From positions 48,630-112,629 of the forward strand of contig JBFRWD010000078.1 of NCBI GenBank assembly GCA_051439425.1: a stretch of 64,000 nucleotides of DNA. Direction: 5' to 3'. Within the stretch, counting starts at the first letter, position 1. Each line of letters opens with the position of its first letter. The notes below the pieces were generated by a model. That model saw only the letters and a list, made by a program, of their open reading frames with translations, made no database searches and was not told where the DNA came from. The stretch comes from Synechococcus sp. GTDB taxonomy: Bacteria > Cyanobacteriota > Cyanobacteriia > Thermostichales > PCC-7336. The position numbers and the translations under genes are program-made. This document shows, piece by piece, positions 19,864 through 29,935 of the stretch.

Positions 19864-20847
19864 TTACTGTATTTGAAAAGAATCAAGGTATTGAGTGATA
19901 TTTGCGATCACCTCCGATTTCGCACCAATTGCAAATAGTCGTTGTTCAACTAGATATAGATAAAATGCAATCAGTTCACCATTGTCATTTATTGCCAGGT
20001 AAGACAGTCCCGAATAATCACCCAATGAAATAGGCTCCCCTTCCTCTCCAATTTCGGTAAGAGATAATTCTTCTATAATAGAATCCCCAACACGAGACAA
20101 AATTAAGTCAGATTCAGCTTGTAGCGTGTTGGCCTCTAAGTCAGTATAGGCAACTGCATACAAGTCCTTGGGAGAGGCAAAGTTTCGAGCCTCAAGGACA
20201 CTCCATGTAAACTCCTCACCTTCCACTTGACTGGTTGCAAGAGATTCCTCGTTTGGCTCTGCAGGCAAACTTATACTAAATCTCCCATCCTCAAAAAGAT
20301 ATCTCTGCCACGAGTCAATCTCAAACGAATCGAAAAACTGACTAAGGCTGTCTAGTGAACTAGACGAGCTCACCAGGCTGTAAAGCCGCCGATCTGCTAA
20401 ATAAAGCCTGAGAACAGAGAGCTGATTATCTCGAATGCCAATGAACTCTTTGCCGGGAAATCCATCAACCTCAATCTCTCTTCCACCTAAATTAATAGGT
20501 TCCCAGTCATACTCATCCATAAATGTATTTTGGATGCCTCGAACAAAAGCATCTTGCCCTGCCTCTATCCCATCAGCCGATAAATCGCTGTAGGCAACCG
20601 AGTAAATCCCATTTTCGTCTTCAGATCTAATGACAGTCCAGACAGTCTCCTCATCTGCAATAGAAACTGTATGTGAATCAATGTTGGGTTCATCAGGTAT
20701 TTGAATGGAAAACTGACCCTCTTCCGATACGTGCTTAGACCAAGAAGCGCCGTCAGAGAGAGAGGTTTGGGCAAAGGACACTGTCGGTGATGCAATAGAG
20801 AAAAGTGATACACCTAAAACAACTCCTATGCCTTGAACTATTTTCAT
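19864..20847 (-). CDS. secreted acidic protein with two PsbP/DcrB-like domains
   Basis: Signal peptide (SFA-Q); duplicated W...EG.FSI..P.EP...YSVAYSDL...LYL...RL...F.DSF.I unit. Confidence 0.7.
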   Translation of the reverse strand: MKIVQGIGVVLGVSLFSIASPTVSFAQTSLSDGASWSKHVSEEGQFSIQIPDEPNIDSHTVSIADEETVWTVIRSEDENGIYSVAYSDLSADGIEAGQDAFVRGIQNTFMDEYDWEPINLGGREIEVDGFPGKEFIGIRDNQLSVLRLYLADRRLYSLVSSSSSLDSLSQFFDSFEIDSWQRYLFEDGRFSISLPAEPNEESLATSQVEGEEFTWSVLEARNFASPKDLYAVAYTDLEANTLQAESDLILSRVGDSIIEELSLTEIGEEGEPISLGDYSGLSYLAINDNGELIAFYLYLVEQRLFAIGAKSEVIANITQYLDSFQIQ

Positions 20848-20994
20848 AGCACATACTTAACTCGCGAAGCTTTTCAACTATATAGCAACCAATGGTTTGA
20901 CTGACTCCATTCTCTACTCCTTTACTAGGGTTGGAAACTCTAGCAAGATAGAACGAACATTGTCTCCTATGGGCTACAGGGCTTAGCAGGAACG

Positions 20995-21060
20995 TCAGGC
21001 TCGGACACTTGGCTACGCATGAAGCAACGGTGATTCAGGAAAAACTGCCGCAGGTTCAGA
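20995..21060 (-). pseudogene. second short fragment of the same transposase-like gene
   Basis: Translates LNLRQFFLNHRCFMRSQVSE; 20999-21037 matches 17683-17721 at 32/39 nt. Confidence 0.55.
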
Positions 21061-21182
21061 ATCGTATAGCTCTAGACGCACTTTCAGTGATAGTCTCCCC
21101 AGTTCGAAACTATCAAGACAAAACCACTGCAGCAGCGTTTTGAGTTCCCAAGCCAGTGAAACGAGTTTTCGTTCTTTATCGA

Positions 21183-22574
21183 CTATCCAATCAAAAACGT
21201 TTCTTCCGGATATTTCAGCAACTGTCCAGCAGGAGAATCGCGATACAGAGCCCCCATCAACAACAAAATCCCTACCCGTCCGCAGTACATCGTAGGAATG
21301 AGCACGAGGTGGGAAAGAGGGGACAGGTCAGCAGTGTTCACAGTCGATAAACCGACCGTGGCGTACGCCGATACCGCTTCAAACATCAGATCTACAAACG
21401 GGATGCGATCGCCATCAATCAGAGCCAACAAGGTCGTGCATAATGCCACCATACCCACAGAGCCCACTAGCACCCCAATCGCCTTGTTAATCAAGGCTTC
21501 GGGAACAGTGCGGCGAAATAGAGTCACGCAATCTTTGCCACTCAAGGCCGAGCGAGTGCAGCCCATCAACGTTCCTACGGTAGTGGTCTTGATGCCTCCC
21601 CCCGTACCTCCAGGGCTGGCACCAATGAACATCAAAATGATGACGATAAATATCGACGAGGGGCGCAAAGCAGACTGACTGACGCTCTGAAACCCAGCCG
21701 TGCGTGTCGTGACTGATTGAAAAAATGCAGCAAGCAACCGGTTGTGGGGGGAAAACGGCTGAAATGAGCTGGGGTTATTCCATTCAGCTCCCAGAAAAAA
21801 TAGCATCCCTCCAAGCAACAGCAAAATGCTGGTGGAGATAGCAATTTTGAAGTTCAGAGAGAAATTTTCCCGCTGAACGGTGCGATCCCCCAGCCACGCG
21901 CGCCGTGCCCATTCATACAGCTCGAAGATGACGCTAAATCCAATCCCCCCCAACAGAATTAATGTGGAGAGTGTCAAGATTGTAATAGGGCTGCGCTGAA
22001 ATTGCTCCAAGCTATCGCTGAATAAGCTAAATCCAGCGTTATTGAACGCACTAACGCTGTGAAAGATGGATGTCCACAAGCCCCGTTTCCATCCCATCTC
22101 CGGTACCCAGGCCTGAGCCAGCAACAATGCTCCAAGAGACTCGAACAGGGCCGTCATGCCAATAATGGCCGAGACCAGTTGCAACGCGCCGGAGTCACCC
22201 AACGCCGCTCCGACAGCTTCCTGCATACTTATCCGGCTACGCAAACTAACGCGTCGTCCGACGATCAGCAAAAGGAAGCTGGTCGCAGTCATATAGCCCA
22301 GTCCTCCCAACTGAATCAACGCGAGGAGTATGACTTGGCCGAATAACGAAAAATGCGTGCCGGTATCGACAACAGCCAAACCGGTCACGCATACAGCAGA
22401 CGTAGATGTGAATAACGCCGTTAGCCACGAGTTCCACTCACCATTGGCGGTGGACCACGGTAACCATAGCAATAGGGCTCCCACAACAATCGTGGCGACA
22501 AAGCCCAGACAAATAGTTTGGGGTGGCGTCAGCGATCGCGTCAGTTTCTGCCACCAGTTCGGGGAGCCCAGCAT
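21183..22574 (-). CDS. ktrB: TrkH/KtrB K+ uptake membrane subunit
   Basis: TSAVCVTGL, SAFNNAGF, TTRTAGF, GASPGGTGGGIKTTT, SAYATVGLS. Confidence 0.92.
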   Translation of the reverse strand: MLGSPNWWQKLTRSLTPPQTICLGFVATIVVGALLLWLPWSTANGEWNSWLTALFTSTSAVCVTGLAVVDTGTHFSLFGQVILLALIQLGGLGYMTATSFLLLIVGRRVSLRSRISMQEAVGAALGDSGALQLVSAIIGMTALFESLGALLLAQAWVPEMGWKRGLWTSIFHSVSAFNNAGFSLFSDSLEQFQRSPITILTLSTLILLGGIGFSVIFELYEWARRAWLGDRTVQRENFSLNFKIAISTSILLLLGGMLFFLGAEWNNPSSFQPFSPHNRLLAAFFQSVTTRTAGFQSVSQSALRPSSIFIVIILMFIGASPGGTGGGIKTTTVGTLMGCTRSALSGKDCVTLFRRTVPEALINKAIGVLVGSVGMVALCTTLLALIDGDRIPFVDLMFEAVSAYATVGLSTVNTADLSPLSHLVLIPTMYCGRVGILLLMGALYRDSPAGQLLKYPEETFLIG

Positions 22575-22598
22575 TCAGAGAATAGTTCTATTCAGAAT

Positions 22599-23012
22599 TT
22601 AGATAGCGGTCTTCACCTGCATGTTGGCAGCTTGCAGGAGGCTGTTGGCTTCCTGTTGAGCTTGCACGGCTTTGAGGCGCTCCTGCTCGTCGCTACTGCT
22701 AGCCAGAGTTGCTTTAGCAGCATCCAAGCTGGCTTGAGCGGCTGCGGTGTCGACATCGGTGCCCATGACAGCGCTCTTAACAAGAACGGACACAGTATTG
22801 TTCTCTATTTCAGCCAAACCACCCATGACTGCCATTGCGGTCCATTTGCCGCCAGAGCGAACGCGCATGACACCATTGCCAAGGGCCGTCAGCAGAGGAG
22901 CGTGGCCAGTCAAAACACCCAGTTGCCCGGAAGTTGCTGGCAAAATCACTTCATCGGCAGGGGCATCCCATACGCTGGAATCCGGACCAATCACCTGAAC
23001 AGACAGCGTCAC
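22599..23012 (-). CDS. atpC: F1 ATP synthase epsilon subunit
   Basis: [33 protein letters not shown] 23012 with GGAGG RBS. Confidence 0.9.
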   Translation of the reverse strand: MTLSVQVIGPDSSVWDAPADEVILPATSGQLGVLTGHAPLLTALGNGVMRVRSGGKWTAMAVMGGLAEIENNTVSVLVKSAVMGTDVDTAAAQASLDAAKATLASSSDEQERLKAVQAQQEANSLLQAANMQVKTAI

Positions 23013-23284
23013 TGCACGTTCCTCCAAACAGTTAGCAAAGTTCTCTACTGTTACAGAATTATAAGGTAAGGCGGTTCGCCCCCCTGCTTGAATTGCCCGA
23101 GTAGCGAGAGAGACAATCATAGAATCTGATGAGACGAAATCCCTCCAGTCACCAGGTGCATGTCACAACTCCACACAGTTTCGGCATCTCTCGCTCTCCA
23201 GCATTCCCGTATCAACTCAGAAAGTTCGATCGGGCATTGGCTCAGGCCTTGACATGTATTTTCGCCCGACCAGTGGAGAGTAAG

Positions 23285-24049
23285 ATGGGCAAGCATTCTT
23301 CGGTACAGTTTGGCATGGCCGAGCTTTCCTCATCCCGCCAGCAGAAGCTATCGAGATTTATCGAGCAGTTGGGATTGCCTGTAGCTCCAGATGCCATCGA
23401 CTGGGTCTTGTTAGATCTGGCACTGACTCACCCATCGTTGGAGTCCGAGCGCAATAACGATCGCCTCGAATTTTTAGGCGATGCCATTCTGCGCTTGCTG
23501 GTCGGAGACTTTCTGTATTCCGCGTACCCCCAGTTGGCGGTGGGGCAATTGGCTGTGCTGCGCTCCGACTTGCTCAGCAATCATTTTTTTGCTGGCTTGG
23601 CGGATGGCTATAACTTTGAGTCCGTGCTGCGGTTAGGGGGGAGCGCCAGGAATGACACGAAAGGGCGCACCAAGCGTCACGCCGACGCTTTTGAAGCTGT
23701 TGTGGGAGCGCTCTATCTGAGCTTGCGATCGCCAGACTCCGAGACAGTAGCCGTAACTCCGCTGCAATCGTGGCTAGAACCAGCCCTACGGAAACGGGTA
23801 ACAGTTGTCTTGGACAATCTGGAACGCCACAATGCCAAAACGTCCTTGCAAGAGCTGACTCAACAGCGCTGGGGAGAGTTACCCACTTACCGTGTTGTGC
23901 AAAAGCATCAAGAGAGCGATCGCGCGGTGCAATTCCTGGCAGAAGTGTGGGTGGGTAAGACTTGTCAGGGAATAGGGACGGGGCGATCGAAGAAGATGGC
24001 AGAAACAGAAGCAGCCTTAGCGGCCCTCGACAAACTGCAATCACAGTAA
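23285..24049 (+). CDS. rnc: ribonuclease III
   Basis: ALTHPS, NDRLEFLGDAIL, ADAFEAVVGALY, dsRBD SKKMAE. Start uncertain (23285 or 23315). Confidence 0.92.
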   Translation: MGKHSSVQFGMAELSSSRQQKLSRFIEQLGLPVAPDAIDWVLLDLALTHPSLESERNNDRLEFLGDAILRLLVGDFLYSAYPQLAVGQLAVLRSDLLSNHFFAGLADGYNFESVLRLGGSARNDTKGRTKRHADAFEAVVGALYLSLRSPDSETVAVTPLQSWLEPALRKRVTVVLDNLERHNAKTSLQELTQQRWGELPTYRVVQKHQESDRAVQFLAEVWVGKTCQGIGTGRSKKMAETEAALAALDKLQSQ

Positions 24050-24209
24050 TGTGTGGCCAGGTACTCGCAATCACGTAATGCGAACATTGCAATCCCATTC
24101 GCTCTCTGTCTGATAACCAAACAGAGAACTCATGTCCGGGCGACAGTTTGAGCACGCGCAACACAGCAAAGGGGGGCTAGACTGAGTAAGCGGTATCAAT
24201 ACTTAACCC

Positions 24210-25016
24210 TTGCAACCGCTTATGGTCGATCCCATCAATTACTCAGAGGTGGCTGGCGAACAGCAGCCGATTTATAGTCAACCAGTGCCGGCCCCTGCTA
24301 GCCAGCAGGAGAGTCGACTGAATTGGTGGCAAGGGTTATTAGAAGATATCGATTGTGTGTTCGAACGCGATCCGGCAGCCCGAAATCGTATAGAAGTATT
24401 GCTAACGTATCCCGGATTGCATGCCTTACTGTTCCATCGCATGACCCATTGGCTGTGGCAGCACCGTTGCAAGCTATTCGCTCGCTACATAAGTTCGTTT
24501 GCTCGTTGGCTCACCCTAGTCGAAATCCATCCAGGGGCTCGCATTGGTCGGCGGTTTTTCATCGATCACGGCGCCGGTGTCGTCATTGGCGAAACTACGT
24601 TAATTGGTAACGATGTCACCCTCTACCACGGAGTAACGTTGGGAGGGACGTCTTGGGATAAAGGCAAGCGCCACCCCACGCTACGAGATGGCGTGGTGAT
24701 TGGGGCCGGAGCAAAGGTGCTGGGACCAATCTCGATTGGTAAGGGGGCTCGGGTGGGAGCCAATTCGGTAGTGGTGAAAGATGTACCGGAAGAAATGAGT
24801 GTCGTCGGGATTCCCGGCCGGGTGGTACTACCCATCCACTGTCGTCGCATTACCGAACATGGCATCGATCTGGATCACCATCTCATGCCCGACCCGGTCG
24901 GAAAAGCAATCTCGTCGCTCATCGATCGCATTGATGGTTTGCAACAAGAACTGCAAGCCCTGAAGGGGGAGGACGCAGGCGACGTAACGTCGAACGGTAA
25001 TGGAACAAAGCCTTAG
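24210..25016 (+). CDS. cysE: serine O-acetyltransferase
   Basis: [36 protein letters not shown]. Start uncertain. Confidence 0.92.
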   Translation: MQPLMVDPINYSEVAGEQQPIYSQPVPAPASQQESRLNWWQGLLEDIDCVFERDPAARNRIEVLLTYPGLHALLFHRMTHWLWQHRCKLFARYISSFARWLTLVEIHPGARIGRRFFIDHGAGVVIGETTLIGNDVTLYHGVTLGGTSWDKGKRHPTLRDGVVIGAGAKVLGPISIGKGARVGANSVVVKDVPEEMSVVGIPGRVVLPIHCRRITEHGIDLDHHLMPDPVGKAISSLIDRIDGLQQELQALKGEDAGDVTSNGNGTKP

Positions 25017-25181
25017 CCCGATTGCCCAGAACTAGACACCCAGAACTAGATACAGAGCAACAGTCATCAATACCGTCCGAATCGACAGCTAGCTCCAATT
25101 TGCGATCGATCGTTTGGAGCATCTGCGATACTCATTCTGTAATACCAAACCTTTCGCAATACCTCTGTTAGTCTGAGGGGC

Positions 25182-26663
25182 ATGAATGCTTTTTCCAAAG
25201 AATTTAATCTGCTACTCCGGGCTCGCTATCCGATTATTTACATCAGTACGGTGGAAGAGGAGCGGGTAGAAGAAGCGATGATCGCTTCGAGTGATGGTCG
25301 CACGGCTTATTTGTGGGATTTTGTCACCGGTTATGGTCAGCAGGGAACCGATGCTGGCACCGCTCAGCGCAATCCTTTGCAAGCATTGGAGTACGTTGAA
25401 AAGACGGATGATCGAGCACCAGCAATCTTTATACTGAGGGATTTTCATCGCTTTTTGAACGATATCTCTGTCGCTCGAAAGTTGCGCAATTTAGGCCGAA
25501 AGCTGAGATCGCTGCCCAAAACCATCGTGATTTTGGCTCCGGTGCTAGAGATTCCAGCAGAGCTGAGCGAAACTGTCACTGTGTTGGAATTCGAGCTGCC
25601 TAGTGGAGGCGAGATTGAAGACACCATTTCGCAACTCGTGGGACCTGGGCAACCATTGCTGACAGCCGAACGGGATAGCTTGGTACGGGCCTGTCAGGGG
25701 CTGACATTGGGGCGGATTCGACAGGCGTTGGGTAAGGCGATCGCCCAGTCAGGATCGCTATCCGCCGATGCGGTCGATCTGATTCTGGAAGAAAAACGCC
25801 AGAAAATTCGTCAAACGCAAATTTTGGAGTTTTATCCGGCCTCTACGGAAATTGCCGACATTGGCGGACTGGACAACCTTAAAGCATGGCTGCTGCGAAG
25901 GGGAAGTGCGTTTACGGAACGGGCACGGAGATATGGATTACCACAGCCGCGTGGGTTACTACTGGTAGGCATTCAGGGCACGGGAAAGTCGCTGACGGCC
26001 AAGGCGATCGCCCATCACTGGCACCTGCCCCTACTGCGGTTAGATATTGGCCGTTTGTTTGCCGGACTCGTCGGAGAATCGGAATCCCGCACCCGACAGT
26101 TGATCCAGATTTCCGAGGCTATGTCCCCCTGCGTGCTGTGGATTGACGAAATCGATAAGGCGTTTGGGGCTAGTTCCAGTAGCGACGGCGGAACGACTGG
26201 TCGAGTCCTGGCAACGTTAATTACGTGGATGGCGGAAAAGACCTCTCCAGTATTTGTGGTAGCGACGGCCAATAACATTCAGGTGCTGCCGCCGGAATTG
26301 CTGCGCAAAGGGCGATTTGACGAAGTGTTTTTTGTAGACTTGCCCACCCAAGACGAACGGCAAGAAATTTTCGAAGTTCATTTGGGGAAATTGCGATCGC
26401 AGACGATCCGCGATTATGACCTATCACGACTGGCGTACGAAACCCCCGAGTTTTCCGGTGCGGAAATCGAACAGGCCATTGTTGAAGCCATGCACTTGGC
26501 CTTTAGCCAGAATCGCGATTTTACAACCGAGGACATTCTGGAGGCGGTATCGCTGATGGTACCTCTGGCCCGCACTGCACGGGAGCAAGTGGAATTACTG
26601 CAAAGCTGGGCACAGCAGGGGAAGGTGCGGCTGGCGTCTCAGAAAGGGTTACTAGCGCGGTAA
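25182..26663 (+). CDS. ycf46: Ycf46-family AAA ATPase
   Basis: LLLRARYPIIY, IGGLDNLK, GIQGTGKS, WIDEIDK, LRKGRFDE. Confidence 0.9.
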   Translation: MNAFSKEFNLLLRARYPIIYISTVEEERVEEAMIASSDGRTAYLWDFVTGYGQQGTDAGTAQRNPLQALEYVEKTDDRAPAIFILRDFHRFLNDISVARKLRNLGRKLRSLPKTIVILAPVLEIPAELSETVTVLEFELPSGGEIEDTISQLVGPGQPLLTAERDSLVRACQGLTLGRIRQALGKAIAQSGSLSADAVDLILEEKRQKIRQTQILEFYPASTEIADIGGLDNLKAWLLRRGSAFTERARRYGLPQPRGLLLVGIQGTGKSLTAKAIAHHWHLPLLRLDIGRLFAGLVGESESRTRQLIQISEAMSPCVLWIDEIDKAFGASSSSDGGTTGRVLATLITWMAEKTSPVFVVATANNIQVLPPELLRKGRFDEVFFVDLPTQDERQEIFEVHLGKLRSQTIRDYDLSRLAYETPEFSGAEIEQAIVEAMHLAFSQNRDFTTEDILEAVSLMVPLARTAREQVELLQSWAQQGKVRLASQKGLLAR

Positions 26664-26948
26664 CAGCAACTTGCCGACGACAGGTAAGAGCCGTGACCCT
26701 CCTGGCAGTCCTCATCCAGAAACGTTGACGATCCAAGTCACAATTGCTGGGAAATAGTGGCCAATTGCGTGCGAACGCTACTAAGGTCGTAGCATGCCGA
26801 CTCACAGACTCCGCCACAATCATTAGTGTTGATTCTCCAAGATCGCTGGCTCACCAGCAAACACCTAGATCGTTCAAGCCGAAGCGATGTGTCGGTCGTC
26901 TGAGCTTCTCAATCGTTCGCACTTCGAACCTCCTCCGCAACCATTGCC

Positions 26949-28139
26949 ATGCTTGAGTTCGCCCGCCGCATTCAACCTCTCCAGACCAACGTCTTTGCCG
27001 ACATGGACGCAGCTAAATCAGAGGCGCTGCGTCAGGGTAAAGTCCTAATCGATTTATCATTGGGGTCCACCGATTTATCTCCAACCCCCGAAGCGATCGG
27101 TGCTCTTCATCACGCTCTAGACGACCCATCAACTTACGGATACTGCTTGTTTGGCAGCACGCAATCTTTTCGCGAAACCTGTGCCCGTTGGTACGAACGT
27201 AAATTTGGGTTGACAGTCGATCCCGAAACCGAAGTTCTGCCCTTAATCGGTTCCCAAGAGGGCACCGCCCATTTACCTTTGGCCCTAATGAATCCGGGAG
27301 ATGTTGCCCTACTCACCGATCCCGGTTATCCCTCCCACGCTGGGGGGGTATATCTTGCGGGAGGAGACATTTATCGTATGTCTCTAACAGCAGAGCGCCA
27401 GTTTCTACCTGTGTTGGACGATATCCCGACTGAGATTTGCGATCGCGCCCGCCTCATGGTGCTGAGCTATCCCAACAATCCCACCACCGCCGTTGCCTCC
27501 CTGGAATTTTGGCAACAGACCGTCGATTTCTGTCAGCGTCACTCCATTGCCCTGATTCACGATTTTCCCTACACCGATATGGCCCTAGACGGCCCCCCTG
27601 CCCCCTCAGCTCTCCTCGCAGATCGCAACAAAAGCGTAACGGTCGAGCTATTTTCCATGTCCAAGTCTTTCCATATGGGAGGCTTTCGTGTGGGATTTGC
27701 GATTGGCAATGCCGACATCGTGCGAGCCTTGCGACAGATCAAATCCATCGTAGATTTCAATCAATATCGCGGGATTTATCGCGCTGCTGCTGCTGTTCTC
27801 GACAACCCAGATAAAATTGTGCACCAGTCCCAAGAGGTTTACCGAGATCGCCGCGATCGCTGTATTGCAGCTCTCTCCAGCATCGGTTGGGACATTGCCA
27901 CTCCGGCAATGGGAATGTATTTGTGGGCTCCACTCCCCCCCCACTATCCGCATGGTTCGCAACAGTTTTGCCTCGATCTTGTGAAAGCAACTGGTGTTGC
28001 ATTGGCCCCTGGTTCGGGGTTCGGTTCAATGGGTGAGGGTTACGTTAGATTCGCCCTCATGCACGAGATGCCAATACTGGGGGCAGCGATTGTCAAAATC
28101 AAGCAGTTTCTCGAACAATATCAACCGATTGAAGTCTAA
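26949..28139 (+). CDS. class I/II PLP-dependent aminotransferase (LL-DAP aminotransferase-like)
   Basis: GSQEG, SYPNNPT, HDFPY, SMSKSFHMGGFRVG. Confidence 0.88.
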   Translation: MLEFARRIQPLQTNVFADMDAAKSEALRQGKVLIDLSLGSTDLSPTPEAIGALHHALDDPSTYGYCLFGSTQSFRETCARWYERKFGLTVDPETEVLPLIGSQEGTAHLPLALMNPGDVALLTDPGYPSHAGGVYLAGGDIYRMSLTAERQFLPVLDDIPTEICDRARLMVLSYPNNPTTAVASLEFWQQTVDFCQRHSIALIHDFPYTDMALDGPPAPSALLADRNKSVTVELFSMSKSFHMGGFRVGFAIGNADIVRALRQIKSIVDFNQYRGIYRAAAAVLDNPDKIVHQSQEVYRDRRDRCIAALSSIGWDIATPAMGMYLWAPLPPHYPHGSQQFCLDLVKATGVALAPGSGFGSMGEGYVRFALMHEMPILGAAIVKIKQFLEQYQPIEV

Positions 28140-29289
28140 AGGGCACGAGCCCAATCCGCCGATCTATCCTCACGCTGGCTATCACGGAGGTCGGCAGCGA
28201 GTTTGGGGGCAAGAACGCAGCTTTTTCGAAGGCTGGTACTTTCGCGTTACGCTCCCTCTGCAACGGGAGAGCGTTGCCATCATGTACTCGATGGAAGAAT
28301 CAGGCAACAACGACTCTGGCTCTGGAGACGATCGTAGTGGCGGCATGATGCAGGTGCTGGGGCCGGGGGATGAGCTAGTCTGGCGATCGCTACCCGATGC
28401 TCGGGGATTTTGGGCCAATCGTCATCAACTCGCGCTGGGTCATTGGGGCGGACTGCGCCAACCACAGGCTTCAAGCATGTTTCCGAAGCGACTTAGCGCA
28501 ACAGATTTTTTCGATCGCATCCTCTTCGGATACCAAGCGGGCGATCGCTTCAATCAAGGTCACTTTCATCTCCCGAGCGGCGACACCATCCGCTGGCAAT
28601 ATCGCATCGAGCCGCAGGTTCGGTATGGTAGCCCGCAGCCTGAAGCAACAATGGGTTGGCTCTCTTACCTATCTGTGTTCGAACCCGGTTGGCAAATACT
28701 GCTGGCTCGCGGAGAAGCCACCGGTTGGCTCGACTGGAAAGGACATCGATACGACTTTGTCCGCGCCCCAGCCTATGCCGAAAAGAACTGGGGGGGATCG
28801 TTTCCGCTGCGATGGTTTTGGATGCAATGCAACGGGTTCGAGCACATCCCTTCGCTATCGCTAACCTGTGCTGGTGGAATCCGAGATGTCCTGGGTTGGC
28901 CACAATCCGTCGGCATGGTGGCATTACATTGGCAAGACACCCATGGGAAAACCGGGAAGAATGGCAAACGGTTCCTAAAGTTCGTGCCTGACAACAGTCG
29001 CTGTCGCTGGCGAGTGGCCCCGTGGGGACGATGGGAATTTGAGTCAAACAGCGATCGCTATCGAGTTTCGCTGCTGGGCCATACTAGTGTTGCGGCAACA
29101 CCTGTCATGGTTCCCACAGCCACAGGCATGGCATTTGACTGCTGGGACACAACACAAGGGCAACTCAACGTCAGAGTTTGGGAACGGCAGGGCACTGGCT
29201 GGTCCTTGCTGCTGGAGGATTGCAGTGAACTGGCCGGACTTGAAGTGGGAGGCAAAGGTTGGGATAGCGAGTGGGCTCACCAATATTGA
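28129..29289 (+). CDS. tocopherol cyclase
   Basis: PHAGYH...FFEGWYFRVTLP, FEPGWQILLA.G, YAEKNWGGSFP.RWFWMQCN, LEVGG. TTG 28129 chosen as start. Confidence 0.9.
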   Translation: MKSKGHEPNPPIYPHAGYHGGRQRVWGQERSFFEGWYFRVTLPLQRESVAIMYSMEESGNNDSGSGDDRSGGMMQVLGPGDELVWRSLPDARGFWANRHQLALGHWGGLRQPQASSMFPKRLSATDFFDRILFGYQAGDRFNQGHFHLPSGDTIRWQYRIEPQVRYGSPQPEATMGWLSYLSVFEPGWQILLARGEATGWLDWKGHRYDFVRAPAYAEKNWGGSFPLRWFWMQCNGFEHIPSLSLTCAGGIRDVLGWPQSVGMVALHWQDTHGKTGKNGKRFLKFVPDNSRCRWRVAPWGRWEFESNSDRYRVSLLGHTSVAATPVMVPTATGMAFDCWDTTQGQLNVRVWERQGTGWSLLLEDCSELAGLEVGGKGWDSEWAHQY

Positions 29290-29431
29290 GACCGAACGGT
29301 CCGAGTACGATAACCCCTTGCATCAATCCAATGAATAGTCCTTAAAAGATAGACAAATCTATCAGTACCTCACCAGCACTTTCAGTACAACTAACCTACG
29401 ATGACTTCGCAGACGTCGATGGGGTTTGAAA

Positions 29432-29935
29432 ATGGGACTAAATACAGACTTGCAGAACCTTAGCCTTCAGAGTGTTGGTATGCGACTGACAGCTGCAGCG
29501 ATCGCGGCCGGTAGTTTTACCCTTGCATCAACTCAGACTCTAGCCCAGACAGGGTTGGTCACTGTTGAAAGTCCCTACACGGTCGAAGAAACCGTTGCTC
29601 GCCTGGAAGCCGTACTCACAGAAAAAGGGCTGAGAATTTTTGGCCTCGTTGACCATGCAGCCGGTGCAACCAGCATCAATGCAGAATTACCACCCACTCA
29701 AGTGATGATATTCGGCAACCCCGCAACTGGTACGCCGCTCATGCAATGTGCACCGTCAATGGCGATCGATCTCCCTCTCAAGATGCTGGTGTGGGACGCT
29801 GACGGTCAAACACAAATGGCTTACAACGAGATGTCATTCCTGCAGGAGCGGCACGAAATCGAAGGGTGCGATGAAGCGATCGGCAACATTGCCGCAGCGC
29901 TAGACGGGATTGTGACCGAAGTTACCCAGCCATAA
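29432..29935 (+). CDS. DUF302 domain protein, probably secreted
   Basis: SPYTVEETVARL, VDHAAGA, IFGNP..GTPLMQ, IDLPLKMLVW. Confidence 0.87.
   Translation: MGLNTDLQNLSLQSVGMRLTAAAIAAGSFTLASTQTLAQTGLVTVESPYTVEETVARLEAVLTEKGLRIFGLVDHAAGATSINAELPPTQVMIFGNPATGTPLMQCAPSMAIDLPLKMLVWDADGQTQMAYNEMSFLQERHEIEGCDEAIGNIAAALDGIVTEVTQP

Noticed and set aside
25025..25052. 14-bp tandem duplication CCCAGAACTAGAYA after cysE
   Set aside because: Only two units; no evidence of function.
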